Below, piece by piece: positions 35,508 to 44,496 of a stretch of DNA of 64,000 nucleotides (position 1 is its first letter; each line of letters starts with the position of its first letter). This stretch comes from Candidatus Limnocylindrales bacterium (lineage in GTDB: Bacteria; Chloroflexota; Limnocylindria; Limnocylindrales; CSP1-4): contig JBBRXB010000002.1 in the NCBI GenBank assembly GCA_038248915.1, positions 128,622 to 192,621 on the forward strand, written 5' to 3'. The position numbers were made by a program, and so were the translations under genes. The notes beneath the pieces are model-generated. The model was not told the DNA's origin and ran no database searches. It was given only the letters and a program-made list of their open reading frames with translations.

Positions 35508-36017
35508 ATGCCAGGACCTTCAGGCTCCTCGGGCGGCTCAAGGACGGAGCGCACGCCCGCCATCGCCGCCGTCGAGGCGGCCGGCATCCCGTTCACGGTC
35601 GTCCGTACGGATCAGGCCTCGAGCGCCCAGGAGAGTGCCGGGCTCCAGGGCCTCCCGGACGAAGCGCTGCTGCGGACCATCGTCGTGCGCCGTGGCGAAG
35701 CCGATCACCTGTTCGTCCTCGTGCCGGCAGGTCGGCGATTCGCCTGTCCAAAGCTGCGGGCGCATCTTGGCATCAGCCGCCTGTCGCTGCCCGACGCGGA
35801 CGAGGCCCACGCCGCGACCGGCTACGTCCGCTTCACGATCACCCCATTCGGCTCGACCACGCCGTGGCCGGTCATCGTCGATGCGTCGATCGCCGACCTG
35901 GAGCGGGTGTCGATCGGTGGCGGCGACTTCGGGGTCAACCTCCACGTCACGCCGGCGGATCTCGTCGCGGCCCTCGGCGCCGAGCTCGTCGACGTCACGG
36001 TGCCGGAGACGCGCTGA
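35508..36017 (+). CDS. ybaK: YbaK/EbsC-family aminoacyl-tRNA deacylase (Cys-tRNA-Pro deacylase-like)
   Basis: In-frame ATG 35508 within track ORF 35238..36017. TPAIAAVEAAGIPFTVVRTDQ...LLRTIVVRRGEADHLFVLVPAGRRFACPKLRAHLG...ATGYVRFTITPFG...VSIGGGDFGVNLHVTPADL follows the YbaK-domain pattern. Confidence 0.8.
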   Translation: MPGPSGSSGGSRTERTPAIAAVEAAGIPFTVVRTDQASSAQESAGLQGLPDEALLRTIVVRRGEADHLFVLVPAGRRFACPKLRAHLGISRLSLPDADEAHAATGYVRFTITPFGSTTPWPVIVDASIADLERVSIGGGDFGVNLHVTPADLVAALGAELVDVTVPETR

Positions 36018-37722
36018 AGGCGGCGACCGCATCGTCGGCCGAGTCGTAGACGTTCATCGGGCCGATCAACTCGGTCAGACCGTACGCGTCCAGTAACGAC
36101 CGTACGGCCGGGCTTACGTCCGTCAGCACGAGGGTGACACCCTGCCGGGCAAGCTCGGCGTGGAGCTGCCGGACCGAGTCAGCACCGGAGTAATCGACGT
36201 CGCCCATGACCGACGCGTCGAGTGCCAGCCAGCGCAACGGCGGGCTCGCGTCCTCGGCGATATCCATGATCTCGGTCGTGAACCGCGTCGCGTTCGCGTA
36301 GTACAGGCTGGCGCCGAACCGATAGACCGCGAGCCCGGGGACGATCTGGGCTCCGCCGGCGACCGGCGCGAAGCGGATCCGTCCGTCCACCTCGGTGGCG
36401 AGGCCATCGGCCGGCCGATAGCTGTGGTAGATGTGTTCGATGATCGAGAGGGCCATGGCGAGGATGATGCCCTCCTCGACGCCGACGATGACGACCGTCA
36501 AGGCGGTCACGGCCGCGACAGCGAACTCGCCGAGTCGCAAGCGGTAGATATCGGCCATCCCGCGGTAGTCGATCAGGCGCAGGCCGATGATGAACACGAC
36601 CGAGGCGAGGACCGCGTTCGGCATGTACGACAGCGGGCCGGTCAGGAAGAGGAGCACGACAACGACGATCGCCGCCGCCGTCAGCTGCGAGACCTGGGTC
36701 CGGCCACCGGCGCTGTCGACCATCTCGGTCTTGGTCGGGCTGCCGTTGACCACGAACGTGCCGGTGACGCCGGCCGCGGCGTTGGCCAGCCCCAGGCCGA
36801 CGAGATCGACGTTCTCGTCGAAGCTGTCGCCGTACTTCATGGCGTAGGCTCGTGACGTCGCCGCGCTCTGGGCGAGGATGACGACGACCAGCGAGACGAT
36901 CGTCGGGAGCAGTGACCCGACGTTGTCGAGGGTCAGCACCTGGGTCGGCAGGCTCAGGTTCGGCAGGCCGCCGGGGACGGGGCCGAGCGTGCCGACACCC
37001 TTGGCCGCGAGGTCGAGGAAGTCACTCGCGGCGATCGCCATGATGACCGCGATGAGCGCTCCCGGGATCGCCTTGTTGACCCGGCCCAGGCCGAGGATGA
37101 GGGCAAGGACCACGACCGAGACCGCCAGCGTTGAGCCGCTGGTCGAGGTCGGGATCAACCTGAGCGTCTCGACGAACTTCTCGAGCGTGCTGCCCGACTG
37201 GCCGGGGATGCCGAAGATCCCGCCGACCTGGCCCATGGCCACCTGGATGCCGACCCCGGTCAGGAAACCGATCAGCACGCTTCGTGACAGGAAGTTGGCG
37301 ATGAACCCGAGCTTGAGGACCCGAGCCAGGATGAGGAGGAGGGCGCACATGAGGGCGCACAGGGACGCCATCGCGACGTAGGAGGTCGATGCCGCGGTGA
37401 GCCCGAGGGCGACCAGTCCGGTCGCCATGATCGCCGCCGTCGCGGAGTCGGCGCCGACGACCAGGTGGCGAGATGACCCGAAGATGGCGAATGCGAGGAT
37501 CGGCAGCAGGATCGTGTACAGGCCGGTGATGACCGGCATCCCCGCGATCTTGGTGTAGCCCATGACCTCGGGGATGGCCAGGGCTGCGAGCGTCGCGCCC
37601 GCGATGACGTCGCCGCTGATCCTCGACGTGTCGAGCGGCAGGATGCCCCCGAACAGGGGCGGCGCGCTTCGCCGGTGATCGACGGCCTTCGACGGCACCC
37701 CGAGCCCTCCTCTGCTCCGCAC
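35995..37722 (-). CDS. SulP-family anion (sulfate/bicarbonate) transporter with C-terminal STAS domain
   Basis: Track ORF 35995..37890; the start is uncertain (in-frame GTG 37722 or 37698). DVIAGATLAALAIPEVMGYTKIAGMPVITGLYT and FLSRSVLIGFLTGVGI are SulP signatures. The STAS end includes VYRFGASLYYANATRF...LVLTDVSPAVRSLLDAYGL. Confidence 0.85.
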   Translation of the reverse strand: MRSRGGLGVPSKAVDHRRSAPPLFGGILPLDTSRISGDVIAGATLAALAIPEVMGYTKIAGMPVITGLYTILLPILAFAIFGSSRHLVVGADSATAAIMATGLVALGLTAASTSYVAMASLCALMCALLLILARVLKLGFIANFLSRSVLIGFLTGVGIQVAMGQVGGIFGIPGQSGSTLEKFVETLRLIPTSTSGSTLAVSVVVLALILGLGRVNKAIPGALIAVIMAIAASDFLDLAAKGVGTLGPVPGGLPNLSLPTQVLTLDNVGSLLPTIVSLVVVILAQSAATSRAYAMKYGDSFDENVDLVGLGLANAAAGVTGTFVVNGSPTKTEMVDSAGGRTQVSQLTAAAIVVVVLLFLTGPLSYMPNAVLASVVFIIGLRLIDYRGMADIYRLRLGEFAVAAVTALTVVIVGVEEGIILAMALSIIEHIYHSYRPADGLATEVDGRIRFAPVAGGAQIVPGLAVYRFGASLYYANATRFTTEIMDIAEDASPPLRWLALDASVMGDVDYSGADSVRQLHAELARQGVTLVLTDVSPAVRSLLDAYGLTELIGPMNVYDSADDAVAAFSASPAP

Positions 37723-37825
37723 AGATCCCGCGCGTAGTGATTGTGCGGTGTCCGGCCCGCCCGCCGCCCGGCGCTGGGCGGGCACATGTGGCGCGTCGCC
37801 GCGCAGTCGGCCGCGACTCGTCCGG

Positions 37826-38965
37826 ATGTGGCACAGTCCACAGGCGATGCCGACCGTCCCCGTCCCCCCGGTCCTTGCCAGCCCGATCATCCGGCGCGTG
37901 GCCTGGCACCTGCGCCGCGTGAGTGGTCAGCTCGACCGGCGCTTCTTCCTGTCGCTGGGCGAGGGCATCGTCATCGTGGTCCTCGTGGCGGCGGTGCTCA
38001 TCACCTTGCTCGAGAAGCACTGGACGTTCCAGGATCTGTTCGACTCCTTCAACTGGGGGATCGCCACCGTTCTCGGCGCCGGGGATTCGTCGTTCGTGAC
38101 GTCGCCAGGCGGACGGATCGTCAGCTGGTTGCTTATCCTGTTCGGCGTCGCCATGCTCGGGATGATCACCGGCGCCCTGGTAGCGTTGGTCATCGACTTT
38201 CTGCTCAAGGAGGGCCAGGGGTTGGGTTCCGCAGGCCACAAGGAACACATCATCGTGTGCGGCTGGAACAGCACAGCCCGCGACCTGATCGAGGAACTCA
38301 AGGGGGACGACTACCCGCAGAAGGTCGTCGTGCTCGCCGACCTTGACAAGAACCCGGCCGGGCCGGGCGTCTACTTCGTCCGCGGCGACGCCACGGATAC
38401 GGAGGACCTCGAACGAGCCGGCATCGCCGATGCCTCGGCGGTCCTCGTCTTCCCGGCCGACAAATCCGATGAGGCGGACATGCACTCGATCCTCGCCCTC
38501 ATGGCCATCGAGGCCGCCGCGCCCGGTGTCCGTACCGTCGCCGAGGTCAACAACGCGAGCCATGAGCCGCATTTCCGCCGGGCCGACGTCAACGAGCTGC
38601 TCGTGACCTCGAAGGTCGCGTCGCATCTGCTCGCCCGAACGGCCCTCTATCCGGGCCTGTCCGAGATCATCACCGACATCGTGTCAGGGGGACCCGGCTC
38701 CGAGCTGTATCGGATCACCCTGCCCGACGAGTACATCGGGCGATCGATCGACGAGGTCGCATCGAGCCTGCGCCGCGACCATCGAGCGACGCTGCTGTCG
38801 ATCAATCGTGGCGGCCGGGCCTTCGTCAACCCGCCGAGCGATTTCAGGCTCCAGCCGGGCGACGATGCGATCGTCGTCGCCGAGGCCCTGGGCACGCTGG
38901 CGCCACTCAAGATGCACGACATCAACACGACGCCACGCACGGCATCGGTCGTCCCGAGCGCCTGA
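37826..38965 (+). CDS. 2-TM cation channel with cytoplasmic RCK (TrkA-N + TrkA-C) domains
   Basis: Track ORF 37748..38965; the start is uncertain (ATG 37826 or 37847). TM1 is IVIVVLVAAVLITLL. The pore region is FNWGIATVLGAGDSSF. TM2 is IVSWLLILFGVAMLGMITGALV. RCK-N is HIIVCGWNSTARDLIEEL...VRGDATDTEDLERAGI. The RCK-C end is RLQPGDDAIVVAE. Confidence 0.8.
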   Translation: MWHSPQAMPTVPVPPVLASPIIRRVAWHLRRVSGQLDRRFFLSLGEGIVIVVLVAAVLITLLEKHWTFQDLFDSFNWGIATVLGAGDSSFVTSPGGRIVSWLLILFGVAMLGMITGALVALVIDFLLKEGQGLGSAGHKEHIIVCGWNSTARDLIEELKGDDYPQKVVVLADLDKNPAGPGVYFVRGDATDTEDLERAGIADASAVLVFPADKSDEADMHSILALMAIEAAAPGVRTVAEVNNASHEPHFRRADVNELLVTSKVASHLLARTALYPGLSEIITDIVSGGPGSELYRITLPDEYIGRSIDEVASSLRRDHRATLLSINRGGRAFVNPPSDFRLQPGDDAIVVAEALGTLAPLKMHDINTTPRTASVVPSA

Positions 38966-38991
38966 CCCCGGCAGGCCCGTCCCGGCTCGCC

Positions 38992-40428
38992 CTAGAGCGC
39001 CTTGACCGCGGCGGTCAGGGCCGCCAGGCCGTCCTTCGCGTCGGCGAACAGCATCCCCGTCTTGGGGTCCGAGTAGAGCTCGTTGTCGATGCCGGCGTAG
39101 CCCTTGCCCATCGAGCGTTTGATGACGACGATCGACTTGGCGTGGTCGACGTCGAGGATCGGCATCCCCGACACCGGTGATCCGGGCCGGCGGGCGGCCG
39201 GGTTGGTGACGTCGTTGGCGCCGATGACGAGGGCGACGTCGGCCCGATCGAACTCAGGGTTGATCTCGTCCATCTCCTTGAGCTGGGGGTAGGGCACGTT
39301 CGCCTCCGCGAGGAGGACGTTCATGTGCCCCGGCATCCGGCCGGCGACGGGGTGGATGGCGTACTTGACGTCCACCCCGCGCGCCTCGAGGAGCTCGGCC
39401 AGCTCGCGGACCGCGTGCTGGGCCTGGGCAACGGCCAGGCCGTAGCCCGGCACGATGATCACGTGGCTGGCGTAGGCCAGCTGGATCGCGACGTCGTCGG
39501 CGCCGATCTCGCGGACCGTGCCGCCGGCGCCGGCGACTGCGCCGGCCGCGGTGTCGCCACCACCGAACCCGCCGACCAGGATGTTCAGGATCGAGCGGTT
39601 CATGGCGTCGGCCATCAACTTGGTCAGGATCGCGCCGGATGCACCGACGAGGGCGCCCGCGATGATCAGGACCGGGTTGCCGAGCACGAAGCCGGCCATC
39701 GCCGCCGCCGTGCCCGTGAGCGAGTTCAGGAGGCTGATGACGACCGGCATATCTGCGCCGCCGATCGGCAGGACCATCGTGATCCCGAAGATCAGCCCGG
39801 CGATGACGACCAGGCCCAGGATGGCCAGCGTCGCGCCGCTGGCGAGGGTGATGACCCCGGCCGCGCCGAGGATCAGCGCCCCGGTCCCGAGGACGGCCAC
39901 GATGGCCAGCCCGATGGTGACCAGCTGGCCACCCGGGACGTAGATCGGCTTGCCCGGGATGAGCCCCTGGAGCTTGCCGCCGGCGATGAGCGAGCCGCTG
40001 AACGTGACCGAGCCGATGAGCGCGCCGAGGACGACGAAGATGGTCGTGTCGACCGGGGCGCCCGAGTTGAGCCGGATGAAGTCGTCGATCGCGACGAGGG
40101 CCGCCGCGCCGCCACCGACCGCGTTGAACAGCGACACCAGCTGTGGCATCGCGGTCATCTTCACGATTCGGGCCGTATACAGGCCCGCACCGCCGCCGAT
40201 CACGAAGCCGACCACGATGATGACGATGGCGGTCCCGCTCAGCCCGCCTTCACGGGTGAGGAGGTAGATGAATGTCGCCCCGACGGCGATGACCATCCCC
40301 GCCGCGCTCAGCTGGTTGCCGCTCCGGCCAGTGGCCGGCGAGTTCATCCGGTGGAGGCCCAGCACGAAGCATGCGGCCCCCGCCAGCCAGGCGAGGTAGA
40401 CGACCGTGTAGATCCACTGCTGTGACAT
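38992..40428 (-). CDS. pntB: NAD(P) transhydrogenase subunit beta
   Basis: 478 aa. N-terminal TM bundle and C-terminal dIII domain with GYGLAVAQAQH...VKYAIHPVAGRMPGHMNVLLAEA...VIGANDVTNP. Confidence 0.95.
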   Translation of the reverse strand: MSQQWIYTVVYLAWLAGAACFVLGLHRMNSPATGRSGNQLSAAGMVIAVGATFIYLLTREGGLSGTAIVIIVVGFVIGGGAGLYTARIVKMTAMPQLVSLFNAVGGGAAALVAIDDFIRLNSGAPVDTTIFVVLGALIGSVTFSGSLIAGGKLQGLIPGKPIYVPGGQLVTIGLAIVAVLGTGALILGAAGVITLASGATLAILGLVVIAGLIFGITMVLPIGGADMPVVISLLNSLTGTAAAMAGFVLGNPVLIIAGALVGASGAILTKLMADAMNRSILNILVGGFGGGDTAAGAVAGAGGTVREIGADDVAIQLAYASHVIIVPGYGLAVAQAQHAVRELAELLEARGVDVKYAIHPVAGRMPGHMNVLLAEANVPYPQLKEMDEINPEFDRADVALVIGANDVTNPAARRPGSPVSGMPILDVDHAKSIVVIKRSMGKGYAGIDNELYSDPKTGMLFADAKDGLAALTAAVKAL

Positions 40429-40443
40429 CGACGCGCTCCTCGG

Positions 40444-40776
40444 CTAGGCGCCGGGAGCGCCGTCGGCGCCCTCGGTGGTGGCCTTGGGGGCCGTCGGCTT
40501 CTTGCGGAACATCTGGAGCATCCGGTCCGTGACGACGTAGCCGCCGACCACGTTCATCGCGCCAAAGACCATGGCCACGAACGCGAGCAGGTAGCTGACC
40601 GGGTTGTCGGCCTCGGCCGCGATGATCATCGCGCCGACCAGCACGATCCCGTGGATCGAGTTGGCGCCCGACATCAGCGGCGTGTGCAGGGTCGCCGGGA
40701 CCTTGCTGATGACCTCGAACCCGACGAGGATCGCCAGCGTGAAGATGGCCAGCGAGGTGAGGAGTTCATTGCTCAC
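40444..40776 (-). CDS. pntAB: NAD(P) transhydrogenase subunit alpha part 2 (membrane)
   Basis: 110 aa: MSNELLTSLAIFTLAILVGFEVISKVPATLHTPLMSGANSIHGIVLVGAMI... Its start overlaps the pntAA stop. Confidence 0.9.
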   Translation of the reverse strand: MSNELLTSLAIFTLAILVGFEVISKVPATLHTPLMSGANSIHGIVLVGAMIIAAEADNPVSYLLAFVAMVFGAMNVVGGYVVTDRMLQMFRKKPTAPKATTEGADGAPGA

Positions 40777-41936
40777 GTCTTGCCTCCAGCGGCCGATGCG
40801 GCCGGGTCGAGCAGCTTCTGAACGGCCTCGGACACGATCGCGCCGTCGCGGCTGATGACGGTGGCGGCCGTGACCTCGTCCTCGAAGTCGAGGTGCAGGT
40901 TGCCGTCCTTGACCATCCCGAGCAGCAGCGCCGAGATGTTCCGGGCGTAGAAGGCCGACGCGCCGGCCGGCATCGAGGCCGGCAGGTTGTCCGGGGCGAT
41001 GATCGTCACGCCGTTCGGCGATTCGACCGTGTGGCCGGCCTTCGAGAGCTCGACGTTGCCACCGAGCGCGGAGGCCGCCATATCGATGATGACCGAGCCG
41101 GATCTCATCTTGCCGACGGCCTCGGCCGTGACGAGCAGGGGTGGCTTGCGGCCCGGGACCTGCGCGGTCGTGATGACGATGTCCATCCCGCCGATGACCT
41201 CGTTGAGCTCGGCCTGCTGGGCGGCGCGCTCCTCGGGGGTCAGCTCGCGGGCGTAGCCGCCGGCGCCGGTCGCATCGATCGTCGTCTTGAGCTTGACGAA
41301 CTGGGCGCCCAGGCTCTCGGCTTGCTCGCGCGTCTCAGGTCGGACGTCGTACGCCTTGACGACGGCACCGAGACGGCGCGCCGTCCCGATCGCCTGCAGT
41401 CCGGCCACGCCGATGCCGAGGATCAGGACGTTGGCCGGCTTGGCCGTACCCGCCGCGGTGGTCAGGAGCGGAAAGTAGCGGCCGTACGCATTGGCAGCGA
41501 TGAGGACCGCCTTGTAGCCGCCGACGTTCGCCTGCGACGACAGCGCGTCCATCGTCTGGGCCCGTGACAGCGTGCGCGGGATGGCGTCGAGGCTGATGGC
41601 GGTGACACCGCGGTCGGCCAGGGCCTTGGCCGTCTTCGGATCGATCAGCGGTGACAGGAGTCCGAGCAGGGCCTGGCCCTTCCGGAGCTTGCTGACCTCC
41701 TTGTCGGACGGCTTGGCGACCCGCAGGATCGCGTCGGCGGTCTTGTACAGGTCGTCGGTCGAGACGATCGTCGCACCGGCCTCCTGGTAGGCCGTGTCGG
41801 GGATCGACGAGCCGGCGCCGGCGCCACGCTCGACGAGGACTTCGAGACCGGCCGCCTTCAGCTTGCCGAGCACCTCGGGTACCAGGGCGACCCGCCGCTC
41901 TCCGGGCGCGGTCTCCTTGGCGACACCGACCTTCAT
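40773..41936 (-). CDS. pntAA: NAD(P) transhydrogenase subunit alpha part 1 (alanine dehydrogenase-like dI)
   Basis: This is the C-terminal 387 aa of track ORF 40773..43601, starting at ATG 41936 (MKVGVAKETAPGERRVALVPE). NAD site LILGIGVAGLQAIGTARRLGA. The remaining 555 aa of the track ORF are antisense of the acyl-CoA synthetase gene. Confidence 0.9.
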   Translation of the reverse strand: MKVGVAKETAPGERRVALVPEVLGKLKAAGLEVLVERGAGAGSSIPDTAYQEAGATIVSTDDLYKTADAILRVAKPSDKEVSKLRKGQALLGLLSPLIDPKTAKALADRGVTAISLDAIPRTLSRAQTMDALSSQANVGGYKAVLIAANAYGRYFPLLTTAAGTAKPANVLILGIGVAGLQAIGTARRLGAVVKAYDVRPETREQAESLGAQFVKLKTTIDATGAGGYARELTPEERAAQQAELNEVIGGMDIVITTAQVPGRKPPLLVTAEAVGKMRSGSVIIDMAASALGGNVELSKAGHTVESPNGVTIIAPDNLPASMPAGASAFYARNISALLLGMVKDGNLHLDFEDEVTAATVISRDGAIVSEAVQKLLDPAASAAGGKT

Positions 41937-42089
41937 GGGCACCACCTTGACTTGGGGGTCGAGACGAGTCGCGAAACGGGTCGACTCGCGGGGAACAGGA
42001 ACGTCGGCAGACAGGATAGCGCCTGCGCGCGATGGCAGGGCCCGACGGCGGGTTGCGGTTGGGGTGCGTTGCGCCCGTATCATCGGCAG

Positions 42090-43691
42090 GTGTCGTACGA
42101 CGACCGCTACCGCGACTTCCGCTGGCAGATCCCGGAGCGCTACAACATCGCGACGGACACGGTCGACCGGCACGCTGCGGCGCGCCCTGACGGCCTGGCG
42201 CTCATGTTCGAGGACGAGACCGGGCGGGTCGAGCGCTGGACGTTCGAGGCGGTGCGGCGCGCCTCGAATCGGCTGGCCAACGTCCTCGCGGCGACCAGGG
42301 TGCGGCCCGGCGACCGGGTCGCCATCCTGCTGCCGCAGACGCCCGAGACGGCCATCGCGCACCTGGCCGCCTATCGTGCGGGTTTCATCGCGGTCCCGTT
42401 GTTCGTGCTGTTCGGACCGGACGCCATCGAGTACCGGCTGGCGGATTCGGGCGCTGTGGCGATCGTCACGGACGCCGCGAACTGGCCGAAGGTGGCCGAG
42501 GTCCGCGGTCGGCTGCCTGAGCTGCGGGTCGCGATCGTGGCGGGCGGCGGGGGCGTGGACGAGACCCTCGACCTCGATGCCGTGTCGGCCGCCGCATCGG
42601 ACGCCTTCGAGCCGGTCGACACGGCCGCCGACGACCCGGCGATCATCATCTACACCTCGGGCACGACCGGGCCGCCGAAGGGTGCGCTGCACGCCCATCG
42701 GTTCCTGCTCGGCCACCTGCCGGGCGTGCGGCTGCCACACGACTTCCCACCGAAGCCGGACGACCTGTTCTGGACGCCGGCCGACTGGGCCTGGATCGGC
42801 GGTCTGTACGACGTCCTGTTCCCGGCCTGGCATTGGGGCATCCCGGTCCTCGCCCACCGCGCGCGCCGGTTCGACCCGCAGGCCGCGCTGGATCTGATGG
42901 CCCGTCACGGCGTGCGGAACGTCTTCCTGCCGCCCACGGCGCTGAAGCTCATCCGTCAGTCCGGCGCGCGACCCGGCCCGGAGCTGCGCCTTCGGTCCGT
43001 GGCGAGCGGCGGCGAGACGCTGGGGGCCGAGCTGCTGGACTGGGGTCGCGACATCTTCGGCGTGACCATCAACGAGTTCTACGGCCAGACCGAGTGCAAC
43101 CTCGTCATCTCGAACAGCAGCGCGATCATGCCGGTTCGCCCCGGGTCGATGGGTCGGCCCGTGCCGGGTCATGAGGTCGCGGTCATCTCCGATGCCGGCG
43201 ACGTGCTGCCGCCCGGCGAGGTCGGTGAGATCGCCATCCGCCGGCCGGACCCGGTCATGTTCCTCGGCTACTGGGGACGCCCCGACGCGACGGTCGCCAA
43301 GTTCAGCGGCGACTGGCTGCGGACCGGCGACCGGGCGAGCGTGGATCCGGACGGGTACCTGTGGTACCAGGCGCGCAACGACGACGTCATCACCAGCGGC
43401 GGGTACCGGATCGGGCCGGGCGAGATCGAGGACTGCCTGCTCGGCCACCCGGCGGTCGGGATGGCGGCCGTCGTCGGCCTGCCGGACCCGGTCCGCACGG
43501 AGATCGTCAAGGCCTTCATCGTCCTCGCCCCCGGCCACGCGCCGTCGGACGCCCTGACGGCGGAGCTCCAGGCCTGGGTCCGCTACCGGCTGGCCGCCCA
43601 CGAATACCCACGCGCGGTCGCCTACGTCGAAGCGCTGCCGATGACCGCCACCGGCAAGGTGATGCGCCGCGAGTTGCGCGCTCTGGGCTGA
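42090..43691 (+). CDS. AMP-forming acyl-CoA synthetase (adenylate-forming enzyme family)
   Basis: Track ORF 41952..43691; likely start GTG 42090 (VSYDDRYRDFRWQIPERYNIA). AMP-binding signature IIYTSGTTGPPKGA, then YGQTE, GDRASVDPDGYLWYQARNDDVI, and the C-terminal GKVMRREL lysine. Confidence 0.85.
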   Translation: MSYDDRYRDFRWQIPERYNIATDTVDRHAAARPDGLALMFEDETGRVERWTFEAVRRASNRLANVLAATRVRPGDRVAILLPQTPETAIAHLAAYRAGFIAVPLFVLFGPDAIEYRLADSGAVAIVTDAANWPKVAEVRGRLPELRVAIVAGGGGVDETLDLDAVSAAASDAFEPVDTAADDPAIIIYTSGTTGPPKGALHAHRFLLGHLPGVRLPHDFPPKPDDLFWTPADWAWIGGLYDVLFPAWHWGIPVLAHRARRFDPQAALDLMARHGVRNVFLPPTALKLIRQSGARPGPELRLRSVASGGETLGAELLDWGRDIFGVTINEFYGQTECNLVISNSSAIMPVRPGSMGRPVPGHEVAVISDAGDVLPPGEVGEIAIRRPDPVMFLGYWGRPDATVAKFSGDWLRTGDRASVDPDGYLWYQARNDDVITSGGYRIGPGEIEDCLLGHPAVGMAAVVGLPDPVRTEIVKAFIVLAPGHAPSDALTAELQAWVRYRLAAHEYPRAVAYVEALPMTATGKVMRRELRALG

Positions 43692-43694
43692 GCG

Positions 43695-43718
43695 GCGATC
43701 GCGCGGGCGCGCGATCGC
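43695..43718. terminator. GC-rich 10-bp hairpin between convergent genes (candidate factor-independent terminator without U-tract)
   Basis: GCGATCGCGC-GGGC-GCGCGATCGC immediately after the acyl-CoA synthetase stop. A third partial copy (GCGCGCGATCA) follows at 43727..43737. Confidence 0.35.
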
Positions 43719-43733
43719 GTCCCGTGCGCGCGA

Positions 43734-44456
43734 TCAGGCGGCGGCGGCGATCGTCAGGAGGGTCAGGATGTAGGTGTGGCCGATCGAGCCCCAGACGATC
43801 GAGCGCGTCCGCCACGCCAGCCAGCCATAGACGAGCCCGCCGCCGAGCGTCGAGAACAGTTCGAGCTCTGGTTTGCCCAGATGGGCGAACACGAACGGCA
43901 TCGTCGCCACGAGCACGCCGAACGGACCGATCAGTCGGACGAGCGTCAGCATCAGAAAGCCACGGAAGGCGAACTCGGAGGCCGTCAGATCGAGCCCGTT
44001 GGTCAGGATCAGGCGCCCGACGGACGTGGAGCTGGGCCCGTAGAACGATCGGACGTCGGGCAGGGTCGCGAACCACAGGACGATCGGGGTCATGATCGCG
44101 CAACCGATGAGGATCAGGGCCACGCCCCAGCGCCAGTCGCCGACGGTCAGCCCGTAGCGTGTCGGCCGGTCCCGAAAGCCGAACAGCACGACGGCCAATG
44201 GAACGAGCCCGAACAGCACGACCCGCTCCAGGGCCGTGACGAGCATCCCATCGGGCCCTCGGCCGATGCTCGTGCCGCCCGGGATGAACGTGCGCGAGTA
44301 GTCGAACAGCAACGCGAACGTGACGACCGCGATGGCGACGCTGGCCCTGACCGGGAGTCGCAAGCCGACGATCGTGACGGTGCGCAGGTCGGCGGGCTCG
44401 GGCGGGTAGTCGGGGCCGACCGCGAACGCCGCCCAGATCCGGCCGACCGCCTGCAT
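43734..44456 (-). CDS. CPBP-family intramembrane metalloprotease (CAAX protease/Abi-like)
   Basis: 240 aa polytopic protein. Contains TASEFAFRGFL (EExxxR-type motif with the first E as S), PFVFAHLG (FxxxH) and GSIGHTYILTL (HxxxN/D-like). Confidence 0.7.
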   Translation of the reverse strand: MQAVGRIWAAFAVGPDYPPEPADLRTVTIVGLRLPVRASVAIAVVTFALLFDYSRTFIPGGTSIGRGPDGMLVTALERVVLFGLVPLAVVLFGFRDRPTRYGLTVGDWRWGVALILIGCAIMTPIVLWFATLPDVRSFYGPSSTSVGRLILTNGLDLTASEFAFRGFLMLTLVRLIGPFGVLVATMPFVFAHLGKPELELFSTLGGGLVYGWLAWRTRSIVWGSIGHTYILTLLTIAAAA

Positions 44457-44496
44457 CGCGTGAGAGTACGCTGCGCCGCCCGGTCCGGTCTTGGCC

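Noticed and set aside
39325-40425. 366-aa plus-strand ORF rich in D/E/R/H
   Set aside because: It is antisense to pntB, with a highly biased charged composition. The same applies to 44491..45600 (antisense to the EamA gene) and 36160..36855 (antisense to SulP).
40773-43601. 942-aa ORF suggesting a giant PntA fusion protein
   Set aside because: Only the last 387 aa, from MKVGVAKE at 41936, are PntAA. The upstream 555 aa are the antisense of the acyl-CoA synthetase gene and read as Arg/Pro/Asp junk.
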